This document shows, in pieces, positions 1 through 5,389 of a DNA stretch of 6,605 nucleotides (positions are counted from its first letter, which is position 1; each line of letters opens with the position of its first letter). Below the pieces are notes generated by a model, which saw only the letters and a list, made by a program, of their open reading frames with translations, was not told where the DNA came from and ran no database searches. A program made the translations under genes and the position numbers. The stretch lies in IMG/VR virus record IMGVR_UViG_2778261256_000001; one strand, 5' to 3'. The stretch is from a virus. Taxonomy: Duplodnaviria > Heunggongvirae > Uroviricota > Caudoviricetes.

Positions 1-158
1 TCGAAACGTACTCTCAACAGTTCGCTTAGGCATGGAAGTTTTGCGGCATTCTGGCTACACAATAACAAGGGAAGACTCACTCGTGGCTGCAACCCTGCTT
101 ACTCAAAATCTATTCACACATGGTTACGTTTTGGGGAAATTATGAGGGGATCTCTCAG
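1..158 (+). mobile_element. IS10: Terminal segment of an IS10-type insertion sequence (inside end). The reverse complement of 136-158 reads CTGAGAGATCCCCTCATAATTTC, with a GATC at 149-152. The element continues beyond the window start.
   Basis: Recognised from memory as the IS10 inside-end terminal repeat. The transposase C-terminus ends inside the repeat. Lambda ren sequence resumes abruptly at 159. Confidence 0.8.
2..145 (+). CDS. IS10 transposase, C-terminal fragment (5' end outside the window)
   Basis: Frame 2 translates to RNVLSTVRLGMEVLRHSGYTITREDSLVAATLLTQNLFTHGYVLGKL with stop at 143-145, which matches the IS10/Tn10 transposase C-terminus as I recall it. Confidence 0.75.
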   Translation, partial: RNVLSTVRLGMEVLRHSGYTITREDSLVAATLLTQNLFTHGYVLGKL

Positions 159-204
159 TATTATGCGTCCCCAGGTAATGAATAATTGCCTCTTTGCCCG
201 TCAT
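159..204 (-). pseudogene. ren: ren remnant. The first 15 codons (MTGKEAIIHYLGTHN) are interrupted by the IS10 end; the chimeric frame stops at 124-126.
   Basis: ATG at 204-202 overlaps the P stop in an ATGA arrangement as in lambda. The N-terminus matches lambda Ren, then diverges exactly at the IS terminus. Confidence 0.7.
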
Positions 205-902
205 ACACTTGCTCCTTTCAGTCCGAACTTAGCTTTAATTTCTGCGATCTTCGCCAGAGCCTGTGCACGATTTAGAGGTCTACCGCCCATAACAGGAAGT
301 TGTTTTACTGGTTCAGGTATCGTCTCACCACGGTTAATTCGCGCTGTCATACAGGTCAGTTCATCGGCAGCCTTGCGCCGTAATTCCGCATCAGTAAGCG
401 CATTGGCCCGCATGTTCTGATACAGGTTGGTAACCAGCCAGTAGTGCGCGTTTGATTTCCACGGATAAGACTCCGCATCCGGATACAGGCCTCGCTTCCG
501 GCAATACTCGTAAACCATATCAACCAGCTCGCTGACGTTTGGCAGTCCGGCGATAACGGATGCTTCTTCCCGGCACCATGCAACAAACTGCCCGGGTGAT
601 GGCAGAAATGGTCGATTCTGCCGACGGGCTACGCGCATTCCTGCGTTAACCTGTTCCATTGTGGTGATCCCGTTTTCCCGGAAAGCCAGAACCCACTGGC
701 GGCGGATTTCGTTCAGTTCGTTCTGGTCACGGTTAGCCAGACTCGCCGGGAAAGTTGCCAGTAACTGGCTGAACACACCGTTGATGATCTGCGCTACCTG
801 CTGTACCTGTGGCTTTTTGTCGTACTGTTCCGGCATGTTGTTGGCGATCCGACGCATCTGCTCACGGTCAAAGTTAACCATCTGTGCGGCGATGTTTTTC
901 AT
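201..902 (-). CDS. P: Replication protein P (DnaB helicase loader), 233 aa
   Basis: Complete ORF in the track. Sequence matches lambda P as recalled. Its start overlaps the O stop. Confidence 0.95.
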   Translation of the reverse strand: MKNIAAQMVNFDREQMRRIANNMPEQYDKKPQVQQVAQIINGVFSQLLATFPASLANRDQNELNEIRRQWVLAFRENGITTMEQVNAGMRVARRQNRPFLPSPGQFVAWCREEASVIAGLPNVSELVDMVYEYCRKRGLYPDAESYPWKSNAHYWLVTNLYQNMRANALTDAELRRKAADELTCMTARINRGETIPEPVKQLPVMGGRPLNRAQALAKIAEIKAKFGLKGASV

Positions 903-1798
903 AGATCCACCCCGTAAATCCAGTCAGTGTTTGTCAGGTCGAGTTTTGGTTTTCCGGCTGTCACGCCAGCCTGTTGCTTGTTACGGTTGATTTCGAGCTG
1001 GGTCCACTTGTCGCGGAGTTTGGCCGGACTCAGCACGTTACCGGACCAGAAGTTGTCCTGGCAGGCCCAGCGGAAAAGCACACACATATCGCGGTGGTTA
1101 CGTCCGTCACGTTCACGCATCAGGCGGATATCGTTAGCCCACCCAGCAAAATTCGGTTTTCTGGCTGATGGCGCGATGGTCTTCACCATGTCAAACATCC
1201 ACTCTGCGGCGGTCAGGTCTTCTGCTGTTCCCCACTTACTGCCGCTCTGAATTGCAGCATCCGGTTTAACCACAGAAAGATCGTTTTCTGGCTGGTCAGA
1301 GGATTCGCCAGAATTCTCGGACGAATAATCTTTTCTTTTTTCTTTTGTAATAGTGTCTTTTGTGTCCCCCTGTTTTGAGGGATAGCAATCCCCCAATTTG
1401 AGGGATGTTTTATCCCTCGTTTTAGGGGATTTTCCCTCGTTTTGAGGGATGCACCATTCTGAGATGTTTTTGTTTGGTCCAAACATGCCGCCTTGCTGCT
1501 TGATAATATTCATTCTGACGAGTTCTAACTTGGCTTCATTGCACCGTTTGACAGGTAACTTTGTAATCTCGCTAAGTTGAGAATCGGTGATTCTGTCCAT
1601 TGGTTTATTCCACCCATAGGTTTTACGCAGAATGGCAAGCAGCACTTTAAACTGTCGCTTGGTCAGATCTGCGCCCGAATAAGCCTCAAGCAGCATATTT
1701 GATAGTCTGGCGTAACCATCATCGAGATCTGCCACATTACGCTCCTGTCCGGCAAAGTTACCTCTGCCGAAGTTGAGTATTTTTGCTGTATTTGTCAT
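899..1798 (-). CDS. O: Replication initiator O, 299 aa
   Basis: Complete ORF. Matches lambda O as recalled. The origin iterons lie inside the gene. Confidence 0.95.
   Translation of the reverse strand: MTNTAKILNFGRGNFAGQERNVADLDDGYARLSNMLLEAYSGADLTKRQFKVLLAILRKTYGWNKPMDRITDSQLSEITKLPVKRCNEAKLELVRMNIIKQQGGMFGPNKNISEWCIPQNEGKSPKTRDKTSLKLGDCYPSKQGDTKDTITKEKRKDYSSENSGESSDQPENDLSVVKPDAAIQSGSKWGTAEDLTAAEWMFDMVKTIAPSARKPNFAGWANDIRLMRERDGRNHRDMCVLFRWACQDNFWSGNVLSPAKLRDKWTQLEINRNKQQAGVTAGKPKLDLTNTDWIYGVDL
1365..1450. repeat. ori: Lambda-type origin: four roughly 18-bp iterons (TCCC..TTTGAGGGAT-like, at 1365-1383, 1389-1406, 1413-1430 and 1433-1450), with an adjacent AT-rich tract at 1321-1362
   Basis: Four tandem near-identical repeats are directly visible. 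The flanking T-rich stretch is typical of the O-binding origin within the O gene. Confidence 0.85.
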
Positions 1799-1807
1799 AA
1801 TGACTCC

Positions 1808-1875
1808 TGTGGATTGATCCAGTCTTTCTACATCAGGCCTCGAAGAATTCGCCGTTCTTCGGGGCTTTTTCTTTT
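1808..1875 (+). ncRNA. oop: Candidate oop-like antisense RNA over the 3' end of cII. Putative promoter: -35 TTGAGT at 1773-1778 and -10 CATAAT at 1796-1801. Ends at an intrinsic terminator.
   Basis: Position is analogous to lambda oop. A strong hairpin plus T-run lies on the plus strand. The sequence itself differs from lambda oop as I recall it. Confidence 0.45.
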
Positions 1876-2114
1876 GTCAGGTAATTGGCAAGCCGCTTAG
1901 TCAGCTCAGCCATTTCATCGTCTTCGATTCCGTATTCCAGAACAGCCAGCATCATGCTTACCTGCGAGAAGAAACCATTCTTCCATCGGCTTACCTGATA
2001 TTCAGGAACCCCCATTGCTCGAGCGAATGTCTTCTGCCCCATCAGTGCCAGTTTGTTCAGCAAGGCTGACTCGATGCGAGCCGCTTTCTTGCTTTTAGTT
2101 GCAATAGTACTCAT
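1833..2114 (-). CDS. cII: CII-like transcriptional activator, 93 aa, diverged from lambda CII
   Basis: Shares blocks with lambda CII (RIESALLNK, SRWK, MLLAVLE). Has a Shine-Dalgarno AAGGAA upstream and sits between cro and O. Confidence 0.85.
   Translation of the reverse strand: MSTIATKSKKAARIESALLNKLALMGQKTFARAMGVPEYQVSRWKNGFFSQVSMMLAVLEYGIEDDEMAELTKRLANYLTKEKAPKNGEFFEA
1837..1875 (+). terminator. Intrinsic terminator: stem 1837-1847 pairs with 1855-1865, followed by TTTTTCTTTT
   Basis: An 11-bp stem (one G-U pair) followed by a T-run, on the plus strand. Confidence 0.6.
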
Positions 2115-2121
2115 AGATAAT
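2089..2121 (+). promoter_or_regulatory. PRE-like promoter: TTGC-N6-TTGC direct repeat (2089-2092 and 2099-2102) and -10-like GATAAT at 2116-2121, reading toward cI
   Basis: The repeat has the geometry of the CII binding site at lambda PRE and overlaps the cII start, as in lambda. Confidence 0.6.
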
Positions 2122-2190
2122 TTCCTTAATGATTAGATAGAGTTGGCTTCGCAAAGAAACGCAAAACCATAGAGATTTGTTTCTGGTAAT

Positions 2191-2221
2191 GCCCTTTTTC
2201 AGGGCGGGGATGTGTAAGAGC
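2191..2221 (-). promoter_or_regulatory. nutR: nutR: on the minus strand, boxA CGCTCTTAC (2213-2221) and boxB GCCCTGAAAAAGGGC (2191-2205)
   Basis: Both motifs are read directly and lie just downstream of cro on the PR transcript. Confidence 0.8.
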
Positions 2222-2230
2222 GTTAATAAC

Positions 2231-2461
2231 TTAAGCGGCCATTAATTCAGGCCAGATGCTTTCCCAATCAACCGGATGAAGGTCTTTGCGAGTCACTTCA
2301 CCATTGCTGAACTTCTCAATCAGAACACAAAGTGCTGCGCCCAATTCATGATTACGGCTAAGTGCTTTCCTCAAATAGCCGATAGAAGTTCCGCACTTGG
2401 TGGCAAATTCTCTCTGCTCTTCCAGTGAAAGGGAGTTCAGATACAAGCGGAGTTCTTCCAT
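2231..2461 (-). CDS. cro: Cro-like small DNA-binding regulator, 76 aa, not lambda Cro
   Basis: First gene downstream of the PR-like promoter and divergent from cI. Has Shine-Dalgarno GGAGA and a helix-turn-helix-like segment (EFATKCGTSIGYLRKAL). Confidence 0.75.
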   Translation of the reverse strand: MEELRLYLNSLSLEEQREFATKCGTSIGYLRKALSRNHELGAALCVLIEKFSNGEVTRKDLHPVDWESIWPELMAA

Positions 2462-2493
2462 TTGCTATCTCCTTCCCGTTGTTGAATAAGATG

Positions 2494-2563
2494 ATTTTAC
2501 CTGTAGGTAAAAAGCAAATCAATACCCATAGGTTATTTACCGGCAGGTAATCAAAGATAGAAT
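2494..2563. promoter_or_regulatory. OR region. PR on the minus strand: -35 TTGATT (2517-2522) and -10 TAAAAT (2494-2499). PRM-like -10 TAGAAT on the plus strand (2558-2563), placing the transcript start about at the cI ATG. Operators: TACCTGTAGGTA (2498-2509), a weak TACCCATAGGTTA (2523-2535) and TACCGGCAGGTA (2538-2549).
   Basis: Palindromic 12-mers overlap promoter hexamers with 17-bp spacing, in a divergent cI/cro arrangement. Confidence 0.7.
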
Positions 2564-2569
2564 TAAATC

Positions 2570-3256
2570 ATGGATAAATACGAACAAAGACGACTAAGGC
2601 TGATAGAGATAAGAGACCGATTCTGTAATGGAAAGGCCTCAGAGTTGGCTCGTCGAATAGAAAGGGAACCATCATACGTTTCCAGAATGCTGTATCCGGA
2701 AGGAAAAAGCGGAAAAAAACGCATTGCTGACGATATGATGGAACTAATTGAAAAATCTTTTAATCTCCCACGCGGATGGATGGACATGCTTGCAGATGGT
2801 AAAGCTGGAGCTACAGACCATCTTGAGTTTGCGGGTAACGTTCGTGCGGGTTTTGTTCCGGTAATTGGTGAAGCCGTTTTGGGAGTTGATGGCTCAGTGG
2901 ATATGATTGAATTCAGATCCGGTTGGTTAAGCATCTACAGCGGCGATAACGATGCTTACGGTCTGAAGGTTAAGGGTGACAGCATGTGGCCAAGGATTCA
3001 GTCAGGAGAATATGTTGTTATTGAACCAAATACGCCAGTACATCCAGGTGATGAAGTCTTTGTAAGGACCAAAGACGGTCACAACATGATAAAGATCATG
3101 AACAAAACAAGAGACGGTGATTATCAGTTTAGTAGCATAAACAGTGATCACCGCCCAATCACTCTTCCTGTTGAAGAAGTTGATAAAATGCATTTTGTTT
3201 CAGCTATTGTGAAACACACCAGGTACGTAGACCAGGACGATCTGCCAAAAGTTTGA
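2570..3256 (+). CDS. cI: CI-like prophage repressor, 228 aa: N-terminal helix-turn-helix and C-terminal LexA/S24-type autopeptidase domain
   Basis: Helix-turn-helix-like segment GKASELARRIEREPSYVSRML. S24-like motif KVKGDSMWP with a downstream Lys. Ala-Gly candidates at FAGN and RAGF. Divergent from cro. Confidence 0.9.
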   Translation: MDKYEQRRLRLIEIRDRFCNGKASELARRIEREPSYVSRMLYPEGKSGKKRIADDMMELIEKSFNLPRGWMDMLADGKAGATDHLEFAGNVRAGFVPVIGEAVLGVDGSVDMIEFRSGWLSIYSGDNDAYGLKVKGDSMWPRIQSGEYVVIEPNTPVHPGDEVFVRTKDGHNMIKIMNKTRDGDYQFSSINSDHRPITLPVEEVDKMHFVSAIVKHTRYVDQDDLPKV

Positions 3257-3567
3257 GGATAAAGCAGCAAGTGTTTATACCCGGCATAGTAGTCGCTGTT
3301 GTAATCATCTGCTTCATATGGGCAAAGTTATCTCCTGTAAGCTCTAAGCATACAGCTGAACTCATGAAGAAGAAGCATCTTATACATGAGGCAGAATCGA
3401 TAATTAAAAAGTTCAAAGGCATGTCATACGACGACATGTCATCAGAGCAGATTGCTATGTATAAATGCGCCATTGAGCGTCTTGACTACTTAAACGGACT
3501 CAAACCCAAACACACCCCAGTAGAATCAAAATTGCCGCAATGGCCAAGCAATCCAAATAGCTTCTGA
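3253..3567 (+). CDS. Small membrane-anchored protein of unknown function (about 98-104 aa) in the rexAB slot. The start is uncertain: TTG at 3253 overlaps the cI stop, or more likely GTG at 3271 with GAGGA at 3255-3259.
   Basis: ORF sits immediately after cI on the same strand. Hydrophobic segment VFIPGIVVAVVIICFIW is followed by a K/E-rich tail, and an intrinsic terminator follows. Confidence 0.55.
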   Translation: MRIKQQVFIPGIVVAVVIICFIWAKLSPVSSKHTAELMKKKHLIHEAESIIKKFKGMSYDDMSSEQIAMYKCAIERLDYLNGLKPKHTPVESKLPQWPSNPNSF

Positions 3568-3578
3568 CATCTCCTTTC

Positions 3579-3602
3579 AGCCCGCAAAGCGGGCTTTTTT
3601 AT
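3579..3602 (+). terminator. Intrinsic terminator: AGCCCGC-AAA-GCGGGCT followed by TTTTTT
   Basis: Perfect 7-bp GC-rich stem, 3-nt loop and T-run, directly after the small ORF and before PL. Confidence 0.75.
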
Positions 3603-3617
3603 ATCAATCCAAAAAAT

Positions 3618-3713
3618 TAATTACCTGAAAATTCAAGCAGGTAAACTCTTACATCAATTTTATTTACCTGCAGGTATAGACAACTGTTTTACCTGTAGGT
3701 ATATTTTAGGCCA
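3618..3713 (+). promoter_or_regulatory. PL/OL. PL: -35 TAGACA (3677-3682), 17-bp spacer, -10 TATATT (3700-3705), start near 3713. Operators: TACCTGTAGGTA (3690-3701) and TACCTGCAGGTA (3665-3676). A split inverted repeat TTACCTG-N10-CAGGTAA lies at 3621-3644.
   Basis: Same palindrome family as at OR. Promoter hexamers are correctly spaced. Lambda-like sequence begins at the transcript start. Confidence 0.7.
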
Positions 3714-3745
3714 TCAGCAGGACGCACTGACCACCATGAAGGTGA

Positions 3746-3776
3746 TGCTCTTAAAAATTAAGCCCTGAAGAAGGGC
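3746..3776 (+). promoter_or_regulatory. nutL: nutL: boxA TGCTCTTAA (3746-3754) and boxB GCCCTGAAGAAGGGC (3762-3776)
   Basis: boxB hairpin matches lambda nutL as recalled and lies in the N leader. Confidence 0.85.
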
Positions 3777-3933
3777 AGCATTCAAAGCAGAAGGCTTTGG
3801 TGTGTGTGATACGAAACGAAGCATTGGCCGGAAGTGCGAATCCGGATTAGCTGTCAATGTGCCATTGCTGGGTGTTTTCGTTCAGGACTACGACTCCCAC
3901 ACACAACCAAAGCTAACTGACAGGAGAATCCAG

Positions 3934-4257
3934 ATGGATGCACAAACACGCCGCCGCGAACGTCGCGCAGAGAAACAGGCTCAATGGAAAGCAGCAAATC
4001 CCCTGTTGGTTGGGGTAAGCGCAAAACCAGTTAACCGCCCTATTCTCTCGCTGAATCGCAAACCGAAATCACGAGTAGAAAGCGCACTAAATCCGATAGA
4101 CCTTACAGTGCTGGCTGAATACCACAAACAGATTGAAAGCAACCTGCAACGTATTGAGCGCAAGAATCAGCGCACATGGTACAGCAAGCCTGGCGAACGC
4201 GGCATAACATGCAGTGGACGCCAGAAAATTAAGGGAAAATCGATTCCTCTTACTTAG
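3934..4257 (+). CDS. N: Antitermination protein N, 107 aa
   Basis: MDAQTRRRERRAEKQAQWKAANPLL... matches lambda N as recalled. Shine-Dalgarno AGGAG upstream. The longer track ORF from 3802 is leader sequence. Confidence 0.95.
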   Translation: MDAQTRRRERRAEKQAQWKAANPLLVGVSAKPVNRPILSLNRKPKSRVESALNPIDLTVLAEYHKQIESNLQRIERKNQRTWYSKPGERGITCSGRQKIKGKSIPLT

Positions 4258-4812
4258 TTACTTAGATATTGGCCTTGGCTTTATCTCAATATTATATGGA
4301 TCATAGCTGGCAACTAATTCAGTCCAGTAAATATCCTCAATAGGGAATAATATATGCTTCCCGTTCCATCGGGAAAAAGTTTTGTTCAACACACCAAGCT
4401 CAATCAACTCACTAATGTATGGGAATTGTTTTGATGTAACCACATACTTCCTGCCTTCATTAAGGGCTGCGCACAAAACCATAGATTGCTCTTCTGTAAG
4501 GTTTTGAATTACTGATCGCACTTTATCGTTTTGCATCTTAATGCGTTTTCTTAGCTTAAATCGCTTATATCTGGCGCTGGCAATAGCTGATAATCGATGC
4601 ACATTAATTGCTAGCGAAAATGCAAGAGCAAAGACGAAAACATGCCACACATGAGGAATACCGATTCTCTCATTAACATATTCAGGCCAGTTATCTGGGC
4701 TTAAAAGCAGAAGTCCAACCCAGATAACGATCATATACATGGTTCTCTCCAGAGGTTCATTACTGAACACTCGTCCGAGAATAACGAGTGGATCCATTTC
4801 TATACTCATCAA
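4258..4812 (-). CDS. sieB: Superinfection exclusion protein SieB, 184 aa, membrane protein
   Basis: Same length and position (abutting the N stop on the opposite strand) as lambda sieB. Contains hydrophobic segments. Confidence 0.9.
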   Translation of the reverse strand: MMSIEMDPLVILGRVFSNEPLERTMYMIVIWVGLLLLSPDNWPEYVNERIGIPHVWHVFVFALAFSLAINVHRLSAIASARYKRFKLRKRIKMQNDKVRSVIQNLTEEQSMVLCAALNEGRKYVVTSKQFPYISELIELGVLNKTFSRWNGKHILFPIEDIYWTELVASYDPYNIEIKPRPISK

Positions 4813-4936
4813 ACTGTAGGGGTTGTAATAGTTTATCCGATTTCTCGCTGTAGGGGTACACGAGAACCACCGAGCCTGATGTGGTTAAAAGACAGGCACA
4901 ATCTTTACTACCGCTATCCACTATTTAAGGTGATAT

Positions 4937-5023
4937 ATGGAAGAAGAATTTGAAGAGTTCGAAGAGCATCCTCAGGATGTGATGGAACAATACCAGGACT
5001 ATCCGTATGACTACGACTATTGA
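4937..5023 (+). CDS. orf28, small acidic 28-aa peptide (MEEEFEEFEEHPQDVMEQYQDYPYDYDY)
   Basis: Hand-translated; too short for the ORF track. It overlaps the ral start by 17 nt, as in lambda. Confidence 0.75.
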   Translation: MEEEFEEFEEHPQDVMEQYQDYPYDYDY

Positions 5024-5207
5024 TAAAAATCAATGGTGTGGACAATTCAAGCGATGCAATGGATGCAAGCTGCAATCGGAATACATGGTTAAGCCTGAAG
5101 AAATGTTTCCTGTAATGGAAGATGGGAAATATGTCGATAAATGGGCAATACGAACGACGGCAATGATTGCCAGAGAACTTGGTAAACAGAACAACAAAGC
5201 TGCCTGA
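5007..5207 (+). CDS. ral: Ral, restriction-alleviation protein, 66 aa
   Basis: MTTTIDKNQWCGQFKRCNGCKLQSE... matches lambda Ral as recalled. Confidence 0.92.
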   Translation: MTTTIDKNQWCGQFKRCNGCKLQSEYMVKPEEMFPVMEDGKYVDKWAIRTTAMIARELGKQNNKAA

Positions 5208-5344
5208 TAGTGACCTTTATTTTTGGCATAAATAACAGAATAAACACTGCACTGTGTATTCATTCCAACGAGTGAATACACGGAGCAATGTCGCTCGTAA
5301 CTAAACAGGAGCCGACTTGTTCTGATTATTGGAAATCTTCTTTG

Positions 5345-5369
5345 CCCTCCAGTGTGAGGGAGATTTTTT
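5345..5369 (+). terminator. Candidate weak intrinsic terminator (CCCTC-loop-GAGGG then TTTTTT) between ral and ea10; may correspond to a lambda tL site
   Basis: 5-bp GC-rich stem followed by a T-run on the plus strand. Confidence 0.3.
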
Positions 5370-5389
5370 ATCTATGAGGATATGAATAG

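Noticed and set aside
142-420. 92-aa plus-strand ORF starting at the IS10 end and running into P
   Set aside because: It spans the IS10/lambda junction and is antisense to P, which matches lambda P throughout. It has no ribosome-binding site and is best explained as a chance open frame.
356-1482. Several ORFs overlapping P and O in other frames or antisense (356..586, 661..990, 927..1250, 974..1168, 1213..1482)
   Set aside because: All lie within the well-supported P and O genes. They lack recognisable start contexts, and the one at 1213..1482 merely translates the iteron and AT-rich origin repeats.
2570-3256. Possibility that the immunity region is that of lambda, 434 or phage 21
   Set aside because: The repressor N-terminus and operators do not match lambda or 434 as I recall them, and the N gene here is lambda-type, whereas imm21 hybrids carry their own N. 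The donor lineage stays unassigned without a database search.
2563-3473. Minus-strand ORFs antisense to cI and to the small ORF (2563..2934, 3002..3193, 3204..3473)
   Set aside because: They are antisense to genes with clear signals and have low-complexity or unremarkable composition. No promoter or Shine-Dalgarno was evident.
3802-3933. Upstream extension of the N ORF to an ATG at 3802 (151 aa)
   Set aside because: The extension covers nutL and the N leader. The recognisable N protein begins at 3934 with its own Shine-Dalgarno, so the extension is untranslated leader.
3981-4163. 60-aa minus-strand ORF inside N
   Set aside because: Antisense to N with no start signals; treated as a chance ORF.
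5030-5281. 83-aa minus-strand ORF antisense to ral
   Set aside because: Overlaps the conserved ral gene and the intergenic hairpin, with no supporting signals.
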